64,000 nucleotides of DNA, taken from contig CAVOQY010000004.1 of assembly GCA_963698465.1 (NCBI GenBank), positions 227,609 to 291,608 on the forward strand. Direction: 5' to 3'. Origin of the DNA: an uncultured delta proteobacterium (lineage in GTDB: Bacteria > Desulfobacterota > Desulfobacteria > Desulfobacterales > UBA2156). This document shows, in pieces, positions 37,308-47,591 of this stretch (within the stretch, counting starts at the first letter, position 1; each line of letters starts with the position of its first letter). A program made the position numbers and the translations under genes. The notes under the pieces are model-generated. The model ran no database searches, was not told the DNA's origin, and was given only the letters and a program-made list of their open reading frames with translations.

Positions 37308-39057
37308 ATGGAAAAACGATTCGAAAAAATACCCGATCCCAAGGAGCTGGAAAAGGAAATCGGCGAGTTTTTGACCAAGAAGTTCGGGGAGTCGGTCAAG
37401 ATCGCAGGCCCCATTGTCCTGCCCCAGGAGCTTCCCTTCGAAAAGCCGGGACCCGGGAAAAAGAAAAAGAAGATCAATTTCGATCTCAAGCCTGAAGATC
37501 TGATCGCCTATCTGGATCGTTACATCGTCAAGCAGGACAACGCCAAGGCCATTCTGGCAACCAAGATCTGCACCCACTTTAACCGGATCAAGCGTTCCCA
37601 GGACAGCGGGGGCGATATCCCCGATATGGTCGGGCACATAAAAAACAATGTCCTGATGATCGGTCCCACCGGGGTGGGCAAGACCTACATGATCAAGCTC
37701 ATCGCAAAGAAAATCGGGGTCCCTTTCGTCAAGGGGGATGCCACAAAGTTCAGCGAAACCGGTTATGTGGGCGGAGATGTGGAGGACCTGGTGCAGGGAC
37801 CTGGTCCGCGAGGCGGACGGAGACATCGAACTGGCCCAGTACGGGATCATTTACATCGACGAGATCGACAAAATCGCCGCCAGTCGCTACATCCTCGGAG
37901 CCGACGTGTCCCGGACAGGCGTTCAACGGGCGCTGCTCAAACCGTTGGAGGAAACCGAGGTCGACCTGAAAGTCCCCCACGATCCCATTTCCATGATCCA
38001 GGAGATCGAACGTTACCGCAAGACTGGAAAACGCGACAAACGGGGAGTCAACACCAAGAATATCCTGTTCATCGTCAGCGGCGCCTTCACCGACCTCGCG
38101 GAAATCATCCGCAAGCGCATGATCGACCAGAAAATGGGATTCGGGGCCAAAATCCAGAGCACAAAAGAACAGGTGGACATCCTGAAACATGTCAAATCAG
38201 AAGATTTGATCACCTTCGGCTTCGAGACCGAGTTCGTCGGAAGGCTCCCGGTTAGGGCGGTTTTCGAACACCTGACCCGAGAAGACCTTCTGGATATCTT
38301 GAAAAACCCCAACAACCCGATTCTCATGGGGAAGAAATTCGATTTTGCCGCCTACGGCATCGATGTCCGATTCGAGGAAGACCTTCTTGTGCTTCTGGCC
38401 GACCTCGCCTTTCAGGAAAACACCGGGGCCCGGGGACTGGTGAGCGCGGTGGAAAAAGCCCTCCTTCCTTTTGAAAGGCGGCTTCCCTCCACTCAGGTCA
38501 AGGTCTTTCCCGCCACCACCGCCATTGTCGAGAACCCTCAAAAGGCCCTGGAAAAACTCGTCGCCCCGGAAAACCATGAAAGCACCGCGAAAATCCATGA
38601 GGCGCTGCTTACGGCGGAAAAGGAGCGCATCAAAGCCTACTGCCATGCCAACCGGAAGGAACTTTCCGAAAAGTACAACCTGACGCTTTCGCAGTCCCGC
38701 ATCGACAACGTGGCAAGCTGCTACTGCCGTACGATTGTGGACGTGGGAAGCGCCATCGAGAAGGTCAAGACCTTCTACGACGAGATCAAAAAGATCGAAT
38801 TGTACTTTTACAAGAGCCACGACATCAATATTGTTTTGGAAGAAGACGCGGTGGACTACATTATCGAACAACTGATTCATACGCCGCTTGAGATCAAGGA
38901 TTTTTACAAGAAGCTGACCTCGGACTTCGAATTGGGGCTCAAGCTCGTCAGGGAAAAAACGGGAAGGAACCGGTTTTTCATCACCCGGGAAGCCTTGTTG
39001 AATCCGGAATCCCACATCAGCGCTCTCATCAAGGACGAACTCAAACAGGTGAGATAG
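37308..39057 (+). pseudogene. ClpX-like AAA+ ATPase with apparent +1 frameshift near 37794 (possibly assembly error)
   Basis: First frame: KNNVLMIGPTGVGKT, DATKFSETGYVGGDVEDLV; second frame continues RDLVREADGD, IIYIDEIDKI, DVSRTGVQRALLK, MGF, EFVGRLP, TGARGL. Confidence 0.8.
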
Positions 39058-39139
39058 GGCCGGGATTGTTGACCCGCGGTCCGGTAAGGGTTTTTTTGAA
39101 GCCGGACCTGCAAAACCTGAATACAAAGACCTCCTTTCC

Positions 39140-40318
39140 ATGATCGGGATATCCAAACTTTACTGCGATACGGTGGAGCCTTCCGACGCGCTTCGTTACG
39201 GGAGAGACTCTTCCCGCCTGCCGTCCCACTTGCTGCAATTTTCCCAGGACAAACGGCCGGTGGTGGTCTGGAACGTCACCCGGCAATGCAACCTGAACTG
39301 CATTCACTGCTATGCCCGAGCCAGGCATACCCCCACCGAGGACGAGTTGACACTGGAAGAAGGCCGACACCTCATGGATGACCTGGCCCGGTTTGGCGTG
39401 CCGGTCCTCCTTTTCTCCGGCGGTGAGCCCTTGGCCCGAAAAGATCTTCCGGATCTGGCCGCCTACGCGGTGGAAAAAGGGATGCGGGCCGTGATCTCCA
39501 CCAACGGCACGCTCATCACCCGCGAAACAGCCCGAATTTTGAAAGAAATCGGGCTTTCTTATGTGGGAATCAGCCTGGACGGAATGGAAACCGTGAACGA
39601 CCGGTTCAGGGGGGTTGCCGGCGCGTTTCAAATGGCCCTGGAGGGAATCCGGAACTGCCAGGAGACCGGAATCAAGGTGGGTCTTCGATTTACCATCAAC
39701 AAATTCAATGCAAAAGAAATCCAAAAGATCTTTGCCTTGTTGGAGACAAAAGACATTCCCCGGGTCTGTTTCTATCATCTGGTCTATGCCGGCCGGGGAT
39801 CCAAACTCGTGGAAGAGGACCTTTCCCATGAACAGTCCCGGGAAGCGGTGGACCTGATCCTCGATCTGACCCGGGATCTCCATCAACGGGGAAAACCCAA
39901 GGAGGTCCTCACCGTCGACAACCATGCAGACGGACCTTATCTCTACCTGCGGCTTTTAAAGGAGAACCCGAGCCGCGCGGCTGAAGTCCTCGAACTCTTA
40001 AAGATGAACGAGGGCAACAATTCCGGGCGGGGAATCGGATGTATCAGCTGGAACGGAGACGTGCATGCCGATCAGTTTTGGCGGCACCACAGCTTCGGAA
40101 ACGTGAAAGAACGCCCCTTTTCCGAAATCTGGAGCGATCTGTCCGACCCGCTGATGAAAAAATTGAAAGAGAAAAAAAATCACGTCAAAGGACGATGCGC
40201 CCGGTGCAGGTGGCTCGACATCTGCGCCGGCAATTTCAGGGTTCGGGCCGAAGCGGTTACAGGAGATCTATGGGCGCCGGATCCGGCGTGTTACCTCACC
40301 GACTCGGAAATCGCATGA
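39140..40318 (+). CDS. ahbC: 12,18-didecarboxysiroheme deacetylase (radical SAM/SPASM)
   Basis: MIGISKLYC, VVWNVTRQCNLNCIHCY, YHLVYAGRG, EVLTVDNHADG, DPACYL; next to hemB. Confidence 0.9.
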   Translation: MIGISKLYCDTVEPSDALRYGRDSSRLPSHLLQFSQDKRPVVVWNVTRQCNLNCIHCYARARHTPTEDELTLEEGRHLMDDLARFGVPVLLFSGGEPLARKDLPDLAAYAVEKGMRAVISTNGTLITRETARILKEIGLSYVGISLDGMETVNDRFRGVAGAFQMALEGIRNCQETGIKVGLRFTINKFNAKEIQKIFALLETKDIPRVCFYHLVYAGRGSKLVEEDLSHEQSREAVDLILDLTRDLHQRGKPKEVLTVDNHADGPYLYLRLLKENPSRAAEVLELLKMNEGNNSGRGIGCISWNGDVHADQFWRHHSFGNVKERPFSEIWSDLSDPLMKKLKEKKNHVKGRCARCRWLDICAGNFRVRAEAVTGDLWAPDPACYLTDSEIA

Positions 40319-40342
40319 AAGCTTGAAGAAAAGGAAAAACGC

Positions 40343-41317
40343 ATGCTTTTCCCCGACTACAGGCCCCGGCGGCTTCGGCAGCACCCGGCGTTTCGGAAAA
40401 TGATCCGCGAGACCCGGTTGTTCGTGGATGACCTCGTGCTGCCCCTGTTCGCCGCCCACGGCAAGGGAATCCGGGAACCGATCCCCTCCATGCCCGGTCA
40501 GTACCACTTATCCACGGACCATCTGGCCAAGATCGCCGAGGAGGCTTTCGGGCTGGGGATTCCAGCCGTCATCCTTTTCGGAATCCCCAGAAAAAAGGAC
40601 GCCCTAGGCACCGAGGCCTACGCCAAAGACGGCATCGTCCAGAAAGCGGTGCAGGCCGTCAAAAACAAAGTCCCCGATCTGGCCGTGATCACCGACGTGT
40701 GTCTGTGCCAGTACACCGACCACGGACATTGCGGCATCGTCAACAACCAAAAAATCGACAATGACGCCTCCCTGGAGCTTCTGGCCAAAGTCGCGCTTTC
40801 CCATGCCCGAGCCGGCGCCGACATGGTGGCCCCTTCCGACATGATGGACGGCAGGGTGGGGGAAATCCGGGAAACCCTCGACGAGGCGGGATTTGAGCAC
40901 ACCCCCATCATGTCCTATGCCGCCAAGTACTGCTCGGCCTATTACGGCCCTTTCCGGCAGGCGGCCAATTCCGCTCCCAAATTCGGGAATCGACAGACCT
41001 ACCAGATGGACCCTGCCAACGCCCTCGAGGCGCTCCGGGAGGTGACCATGGATATCGAAGAAGGTGCGGACATCATCATGGTCAAACCCGCCCTGGCCTA
41101 TCTGGACGTCATCTGCCGGGTGCGGGAGGAGATCGACCTTCCCGTGGCCGCCTACAACGTCAGCGGCGAATATGCCATGATCAAGGCCGCCGACAAAATG
41201 GGAGTCCTCGACGGCAAGAAGGTCATGATGGAAACCCTCACCGCCATCAAAAGGGCCGGGGCTGACATCATCCTCACCTATTTCGCCCTGGAAGCGGCGG
41301 CGGCGCTCCGGGAATGA
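40343..41317 (+). CDS. hemB: Porphobilinogen synthase
   Basis: [43 protein letters not shown]. Confidence 0.97.
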   Translation: MLFPDYRPRRLRQHPAFRKMIRETRLFVDDLVLPLFAAHGKGIREPIPSMPGQYHLSTDHLAKIAEEAFGLGIPAVILFGIPRKKDALGTEAYAKDGIVQKAVQAVKNKVPDLAVITDVCLCQYTDHGHCGIVNNQKIDNDASLELLAKVALSHARAGADMVAPSDMMDGRVGEIRETLDEAGFEHTPIMSYAAKYCSAYYGPFRQAANSAPKFGNRQTYQMDPANALEALREVTMDIEEGADIIMVKPALAYLDVICRVREEIDLPVAAYNVSGEYAMIKAADKMGVLDGKKVMMETLTAIKRAGADIILTYFALEAAAALRE

Positions 41318-42444
41318 ACCGGCCTCAGGAAAAAAGCGCAGGGCCGGCATCCTCCCCCATGAATGGGCAGACCCACCCGGGGCACGCCCGGCCGGGGGAC
41401 GGCGGCCCCCGCCTGGTGGCCTGGGAGATCACCCGAAATTGCAACCTGTCCTGCGTCCACTGCCGGGCTTCCGCCACCTGCGGGCCCCATGCCGGGGAGC
41501 TGTCCACGGATACAGCCCTGACTCTGGTGGGGCAGATCGCCCAAACGGGAAGCCCCATTGTCATCCTGACCGGCGGCGAACCCCTGTTGCGGGAAGATAT
41601 TTTCGAGATCGCCGATTACGGAACGAAAAAGGGGTTGAGGATGGTCATGGCCCCCAACGGGACCCTCATCACCGGGAAAATCGCCCGAAAGCTTGCCGTA
41701 TCGGGCATCCGGCGGCTCAGTATCAGCCTGGACGGCGCCTCAGCAGAGATCCACGACCGATTTCGAGGTGTGAAAGGCGCATTCGAAGGCGCGCTGCGGG
41801 GAATCCGCCACATCAAATCCGCGGGAATCGAATTCCAGATCAACACCACCATCACCCAGACCAACCTCGATCAGATACCCAAAATCCAGGATCTGGCTGT
41901 CAAACTGGGTGCGGTGGCCCACCATATCTTCCTTCTGGTTCCCACCGGCCGAGGAAAATATATCATTGGCAGCGCCATCTCCGCCGAGCAGTACGAATCC
42001 ACCTTGAACTGGTTCTACGACCAGAGAAGCCGGACTTCCCTGCAGTTGAAAGCCACCTGTGCCCCCCATTACTACCGGATCCTCCGGCAGCGGTCCAAAG
42101 CCGAAGGCATCTCGGTCACGTTCCAGACCCACGGCCTGGATGCCGTCACCCGAGGGTGCCTGGGAGGCATCGGCTTTTGTTTCATATCCCACCGCGGCAT
42201 CGTTCAACCCTGCGGGTTTCTCAATCTCGACTGCGGGGATGTCACCCAAACTTCCTTTCCAAAAATCTGGGAGCACTCCGAAATTTTCCGGTCCTTGCGC
42301 GACTTCGGCCGCCTGAAAGGCAAATGCGGCGTGTGCGGATACCGGAAGGTCTGCGGGGGCTGCCGGGCAAGAGCCTACGAAGCCACCGGCGACTACCTTG
42401 CCGAAGAACCGCTTTGCAGTTACCAGCCGCCCTCCCGCTCCTGA
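41314..42444 (+). CDS. ahbD: Heme b synthase (radical SAM/SPASM)
   Basis: [53 protein letters not shown]. Confidence 0.9.
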   Translation: MNRPQEKSAGPASSPMNGQTHPGHARPGDGGPRLVAWEITRNCNLSCVHCRASATCGPHAGELSTDTALTLVGQIAQTGSPIVILTGGEPLLREDIFEIADYGTKKGLRMVMAPNGTLITGKIARKLAVSGIRRLSISLDGASAEIHDRFRGVKGAFEGALRGIRHIKSAGIEFQINTTITQTNLDQIPKIQDLAVKLGAVAHHIFLLVPTGRGKYIIGSAISAEQYESTLNWFYDQRSRTSLQLKATCAPHYYRILRQRSKAEGISVTFQTHGLDAVTRGCLGGIGFCFISHRGIVQPCGFLNLDCGDVTQTSFPKIWEHSEIFRSLRDFGRLKGKCGVCGYRKVCGGCRARAYEATGDYLAEEPLCSYQPPSRS

Positions 42445-42606
42445 AGCGTTTGTGCGCACCCCTTTGTTGCGACAACCTTATCCAAGCCCAAACAAAGACT
42501 TGCAATTTTCAAGCCCTTGATGTTTAGTTGTTCCTGTGGCGGCACGGGCAGCCCTGCCTGCTCCGGCCGACCCGGCCCTGAAGCAATCGGAACAAAGGAT
42601 CGTCCC

Positions 42607-43212
42607 ATGAAGATCAGCGAACTGATGATTCCCGATCCCATCACCATCACAGAGGAGGCCTCCATCCAGGACGCCATTTTCCTCATGAAGACCAATTCCA
42701 TCCGGCACCTCCCGGTGGTTTCCAAAGGAAACGTGCTCAAAGGGTTCGTCACCCTGGCGGATCTGAAACAGGGCCTCATCCCTTCCATGGTGGGAAATCT
42801 CTCCCTGTCGGATCTCATGATCAAGGATCCCATCACGGTGGATCCCGACGACGACATCGAAATCGCCGCCCAGCGGATTTACAAGAAGAAGATCGGCGGA
42901 ATGCCGGTTGTAAAAAAGGGAAAGCTGGTCGGGATCATCACCGAAAGCGACATCCTGAGGGCTTTCATCGACATGATGGGCCTTCTCACGGCAAGCTCCC
43001 GGATCGATGTCATGATTGACGACGCACCGGGCCTGTTCCGGAAAGCGCTCGACACCATCAACGATTCCGGGGGGGACATCATCAGCGTCGGAATGGGCGT
43101 TCAGCAAAAAGGAAAAAAAACGTACTACTTCCGTCTTTCCCCATGCAAGACGGGCCCCCTCAAAAGCGCCCTCGAAGCCCAGGGCTTTACGGTCCTTGAA
43201 GCCACGGACTAG
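42607..43212 (+). CDS. CBS-pair + ACT domain protein (AcuB-like)
   Basis: IRHLPVV, IGGMPVV..LVGIITESDI, ACT-like DAPGLF; start at MKISELM. Confidence 0.85.
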   Translation: MKISELMIPDPITITEEASIQDAIFLMKTNSIRHLPVVSKGNVLKGFVTLADLKQGLIPSMVGNLSLSDLMIKDPITVDPDDDIEIAAQRIYKKKIGGMPVVKKGKLVGIITESDILRAFIDMMGLLTASSRIDVMIDDAPGLFRKALDTINDSGGDIISVGMGVQQKGKKTYYFRLSPCKTGPLKSALEAQGFTVLEATD

Positions 43213-43304
43213 AAAGCGCCCTCACCCGGAGCCCACAAAGACCGTCCCTCAGACGTCGAGAAAGATTTCCGCCGGGCAGGAATTGCATCGGCCTTTTGGC
43301 CGCT

Positions 43305-44339
43305 TCAGACATTGAAACGGATTTGGACGACATCTCCGTCTTTGACCGTGTAGGTCTTTCCCTCCAGTCGAACCGTGCCTCGCTTCCGGGCCTCTGGAAT
43401 GGACCCGGCTTCCATCAGGTCCGCGTATGCGATCACTTCCGCTCGAATGAACCCCTTTTTCATGTCGGTGTGGATGGCACCAGCGGCATCCAGGGCGCTT
43501 CCTCCCATTTTCAAGGTCCATGCCCGAACCTCGCCGCTGAGGACCGTAAAAAAGGAAATCAGCCCTAAAAGCGCGTAGGATCGCCGGATGACCCGTTGGG
43601 CGGCAGGCTTGCGGATTCCGAATTCCGACAAGAACTTCAGCGCTTCCGCCTCTTCCATCTGGCTAAGCTCCTGCTCGATCTTGCCTTGGATCACCAGGGA
43701 TTCCTCCTCAAGAACCGACATGGGCGGCGGCGGGATTTCGGAATCGTTTTCCCCGTTGTTGAAGACCGCCAGAACCGGCTTGGCGGAAAGAAGCGCATAC
43801 CCCTTCAGGAGGTCGGCGGAAGCCAGCTCCCGGGACTTCCTCAAGGGCTGTCCGGTTTCGAGCTGCCCGTGGCAGGCCGTCAGCAGAGCCGCTTCCTCAT
43901 CGTCAGGCCTCTTCCCCCGCTTGCGATCCGCCTCCATTCGGTCGATGCGGTTTTCAAGCACCAAAAGGTCGTTCAGCATGAATTCCTGATCCAGCCGATG
44001 GAAGTCTTCATAAGGGCAAGCCTCCGGAAAGCCTGGATCGGAAAAATTTCGGAGCACATGGATCAGGGCGTCGCAATCCCTGATCCGGTTGCAGATCCCC
44101 TGATCGTAAACGCGGTCCGGCTGATGAAGTCCGAGAGAAGGTAAAAAATAGGTGACCTGGGCCGATACGACTTTTTGGGGCTTGAAGATGGCGGCCAGTC
44201 CTTTTAGTCGCTCGTCCGGAACGCTCACCGTCCCCATCCGGTCCTGTCCCTTCTGCCCGTCGTCCGCCCGGGTCTTGGTGAGGGCCTCAAAAACCGTCGC
44301 CTTCCCGGATCCCGGAAGGCCGATGATGCCGATTTTCAT
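43305..44339 (-). CDS. YchF/Ola1-like protein (C-terminal TGS/DUF933) with divergent G-motifs
   Basis: MKIGIIGLPGSGKAT, VSVPDERL, LLSAKP, LISFFT..EVRAW, AAGAIHTDMKKGFIRAEV, RLEGKTY.VKDGD. Confidence 0.85.
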   Translation of the reverse strand: MKIGIIGLPGSGKATVFEALTKTRADDGQKGQDRMGTVSVPDERLKGLAAIFKPQKVVSAQVTYFLPSLGLHQPDRVYDQGICNRIRDCDALIHVLRNFSDPGFPEACPYEDFHRLDQEFMLNDLLVLENRIDRMEADRKRGKRPDDEEAALLTACHGQLETGQPLRKSRELASADLLKGYALLSAKPVLAVFNNGENDSEIPPPPMSVLEEESLVIQGKIEQELSQMEEAEALKFLSEFGIRKPAAQRVIRRSYALLGLISFFTVLSGEVRAWTLKMGGSALDAAGAIHTDMKKGFIRAEVIAYADLMEAGSIPEARKRGTVRLEGKTYTVKDGDVVQIRFNV

Positions 44340-44425
44340 GGCGCAGACCTCCTTTGAGGCTTAGGACGCACCTCCGTCTCCGGCATACCCCATCCCCAAC
44401 GGCAGCGCAAGCCGGCAGCAGGATT

Positions 44426-45475
44426 TCATTTTTTCCAGGAGAAGAGAGCCGCGCCGGCCGAAAGGCATACGGCGGTCATGCACGCCAGCACGGTCATCTC
44501 CACAGCCACTTCTCCTAATCCCGCACCGTCGTTCATCACTTTTCGCGCGGCTTGCACCATGTGCGTCAGAGGGAGTGCCCTGGAAACAACGCGGATCCAT
44601 TCAGGGGCGGTGTCGATGGGAAACCAGACTTCGGATAAAAACATCATGGGCCAGGTGATGAAATTCAGGACACCATCGGTGAATTCTTCGCTGGATCCCC
44701 TGGAGGCGATCAGAAGCCCCAAGGCGCACATGCTCAACCCGCCTGTGAAAAAGACGATGAAAAGATCCAAATACGAGCCTTCCACCGTAAAGGAAAAAAT
44801 CAGGTTGCAACCGATATAAACGATAACGAGGATGAACAACAACAAAAAGATACGGGACAAAATCTGGGCCGAAAGATATTCCAAGGCGGTGAGCGGGGTG
44901 GCGCTCAACCGCTTCAACACTCCGTTTTTCCGGTATCGGACCACGATATAGCCCACGCCCCAAAGCGCGCTGAACATCGTATTCATGGCCAGCACCCCGG
45001 GGAAAAACCAGTCGATATGTCGGATTTTCTTCCCCTGAAAGTTTTGTTTTTGAAGCAGGGCTTCAAGATCCGATTCAATGAGGTTCCCCTTGAACAGGCC
45101 CTCCAGCGCATACCCTTTAGGGGAAGACTCATCGATCCAGTACCGGTAAGGGGGCTGCCCTATTTCAACCATGAGATCGATCCGGTGATGCTTGAGCTTT
45201 TCCAGCCCTTCCTCCAGAGATGCGATGCCGATGAATTCCGCAAACTGCAGACTCTTGAGCCCTGCGGGGATCCCCTCAGACTCGCGGGAAACGGTTTGAG
45301 AGGGATGGGGGAACAGGCCGATCCGGTATTCCTTGAATCCTTTTCCGCTGAAAATCACACCGAAACCGAGCACGATTAAAAACGGGAAGATGAAATTCCA
45401 TCCCAGGGCGCTTCGGTCCCGAAAAAATTCCAGGTTCCTGGCGTAAAATACGGCCCATAAGCGCTTGAAGCTCAT
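44426..45475 (-). CDS. ABC-2 type exporter permease
   Basis: N-terminal TM, extracytoplasmic loop, FFPGVLAM, GVLKRLSATP, C-terminal TM bundle. Confidence 0.9.
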   Translation of the reverse strand: MSFKRLWAVFYARNLEFFRDRSALGWNFIFPFLIVLGFGVIFSGKGFKEYRIGLFPHPSQTVSRESEGIPAGLKSLQFAEFIGIASLEEGLEKLKHHRIDLMVEIGQPPYRYWIDESSPKGYALEGLFKGNLIESDLEALLQKQNFQGKKIRHIDWFFPGVLAMNTMFSALWGVGYIVVRYRKNGVLKRLSATPLTALEYLSAQILSRIFLLLFILVIVYIGCNLIFSFTVEGSYLDLFIVFFTGGLSMCALGLLIASRGSSEEFTDGVLNFITWPMMFLSEVWFPIDTAPEWIRVVSRALPLTHMVQAARKVMNDGAGLGEVAVEMTVLACMTAVCLSAGAALFSWKK

Positions 45476-46365
45476 TTCTCGTTTCTCAATTGGCGGCCGG
45501 TCAGACTTAAAAAGACATCTTCCAGGTTGGGGGAACGGATGACCATTTCATCCAGGCGGACTCCGCCTTGCATCAAAGCGGCCAAACACGCGTTGACGGA
45601 TTCCGTTCGAATGACCAGTCGCTCTTTTATTTTTTGAAACGGCCAGGGGAATTCTTCCGGGATTTCCGGAAATGCGTTTTGGGGCAAGGAGATAGCGGCC
45701 CCCTTGCAATGGACGGAGATCAGGGCCTCCGGCGTTCCCATGGCGATAATTTTGCCGTGGTCCATAATGGCCACCGCGTCGCACAGGTGTTGGGCTTCTT
45801 CCATGTAGTGCGTGGTCAGAATAAGGGTCTTCCCAAGCGCCCTTTGCCTTTCGATGATCTCCCATAAGTCTCTCCGGGCATGGGGATCCAGGCCGGTGGA
45901 GGGTTCGTCCAAAAAAAGCAATTCAGGATCGTTGACCAGGGCGAGGGCCAACAGCAGGCGCTGACGCTCGCCTCCGGATATCCGGTCGTTGTATTGATGG
46001 GCGATCTCTTGAAGTCGGCATTCCCGGATCAGGTCCTCCAGGTTTCGGGTCTTTCGATACAATTGTTGAAAGGTCCGCAGAGTCTCTTTGACGGACAGAA
46101 AGGCGAGCAGTGCGGTCTGCTGGAACTGGATCCCAACTTTTTCACGGAAAAAGCGCGGCCGGGGAAACCCCTGGTACAAGACTTCCCCCGCACTTGCCGG
46201 AAGGATTCCCTCGATGATTTCCAGGAGGGTGGTTTTGCCTGCGCCGTTGGGGCCCAGCAAACCGAAGCAGGTTCCTCTCTCGATGGCGAAGCTGACGCCA
46301 TTCACCGCCGGGAGTTCTCCGTAGCGCTTTTCAATGCCGACAATCTCAAGCAGCGGCTGTTTCAT
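45472..46365 (-). CDS. ABC exporter ATP-binding subunit
   Basis: GPNGAGKTT, ISGGERQR, LFLDEPSTGLDP, TTHYMEEA. Confidence 0.93.
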   Translation of the reverse strand: MKQPLLEIVGIEKRYGELPAVNGVSFAIERGTCFGLLGPNGAGKTTLLEIIEGILPASAGEVLYQGFPRPRFFREKVGIQFQQTALLAFLSVKETLRTFQQLYRKTRNLEDLIRECRLQEIAHQYNDRISGGERQRLLLALALVNDPELLFLDEPSTGLDPHARRDLWEIIERQRALGKTLILTTHYMEEAQHLCDAVAIMDHGKIIAMGTPEALISVHCKGAAISLPQNAFPEIPEEFPWPFQKIKERLVIRTESVNACLAALMQGGVRLDEMVIRSPNLEDVFLSLTGRQLRNEK

Positions 46366-46514
46366 CGAACCCCTCGAATTGCTTTTTGACCCAGGAAGAC
46401 CGCCTGGAACGCTCAGCCGGCCTACTGTGTTCCTTTTCCCCTAGCCTTGTTTCCATTTCTTTTTTTAAGCGATGGAAAGAACCGAAAGCTGAAAAAGGCC
46501 CGTGACGGCCTGTT

Positions 46515-47561
46515 TTACGGGTTTGTCTTTCCTTCACCCGTGTCTTGATCCGGCACCTTCAGGGTTGAAGCCGGCATTTCCAGACCATTGGCGTCGGCAA
46601 GACGCTGGTACAGAACGGCGGACACCGGAACCAGCGCCACCTCTTTGATCAGGCGGGGAAGGCGTGCCTTAAACACACGGTAGGTCGCCTTGTTGGGATG
46701 GGCGATGCCGATGGCCGTGCCCTGTCGCCGGGCAAGCTCCATGAGCCGGTTGATCTGTTTTTCTACAAATTCAGGCTCGGGAACATGGTCCAGAAATACG
46801 TCTCGGTGGGTGAAGTCAAGGTGGGTCTTTTGGGCAGCGGTTTCGGCTGCGCTTCTGGAGGTGGTCCGGCTGTCCAGAAAAAACAGCCCTCTTTCCTTGA
46901 GCACCGAAAAAAGAATCGTCATCCGGTCCCTGTCCGCTGTGATCCGCGACCCCATGTGGTTGTTCACACCCTTGACGGCAGGCAGGGATTCGAGATTATC
47001 CAGGATCTGACGGGTGAAGGCCTCCGGCGTCATGGCCATGAGGAGCGCCCCTGGACCCGGATCCATTTTGGGGTATTCCCGGGGTTCCATGGGAAGATGG
47101 AGCAGGATTTCGTTTCCGCCGGAGATGGCCGCCTCTGCGATTTCCTTTTGGAAAGGGCTGTGCGGCAAAATGGAGAAGGTCAGCTGAACCCCCAGGCCGG
47201 CGAAATCCCGTGCTCTTTGCCGGTCATACCCCAGGTCGTCTATGAGAATGGCCACCTTGGGGATCCGATCGGGAGCATGGATGTCCGGAAGCAATCCCAG
47301 TTCGGTTTCCTGTGCCTCCTCCCCGGAAAAGACCTCGAAGGGAGGCACCGCATCCGAAGGCAACCGCCCTTCGTCCGCCGGGATTTCCAAGGAGGAGGGG
47401 CTCAAGGAGATCGTTCTCTGCCCCACCCGCAACACGTAGAACCCGCATACCCCCACCAGCATCGCGAGCAGGCCCAGGACTGCCAAGAACAACAGCAGGG
47501 TTCTTTTTCGGGACAGCGACCCTTTCAAACCGTCCGGAAAAGGGGTATGCCGTCCGGTCAT
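46515..47561 (-). CDS. Divergent polysaccharide deacetylase (YibQ family)
   Basis: AILIDDLGY, LHLPMEP, GVNNHMGS, FLDSRT, RDVFLD, IGIAHP; follows S41 protease. Confidence 0.9.
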   Translation of the reverse strand: MTGRHTPFPDGLKGSLSRKRTLLLFLAVLGLLAMLVGVCGFYVLRVGQRTISLSPSSLEIPADEGRLPSDAVPPFEVFSGEEAQETELGLLPDIHAPDRIPKVAILIDDLGYDRQRARDFAGLGVQLTFSILPHSPFQKEIAEAAISGGNEILLHLPMEPREYPKMDPGPGALLMAMTPEAFTRQILDNLESLPAVKGVNNHMGSRITADRDRMTILFSVLKERGLFFLDSRTTSRSAAETAAQKTHLDFTHRDVFLDHVPEPEFVEKQINRLMELARRQGTAIGIAHPNKATYRVFKARLPRLIKEVALVPVSAVLYQRLADANGLEMPASTLKVPDQDTGEGKTNP

Positions 47562-47591
47562 CGGAATCCTTTCAAGAAAAGACCGCGCCTT

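Noticed and set aside
39140-42444. ahbC-hemB-ahbD cluster lacking ahbA/ahbB
   Set aside because: Known pathway; the missing genes may simply lie elsewhere in the genome.
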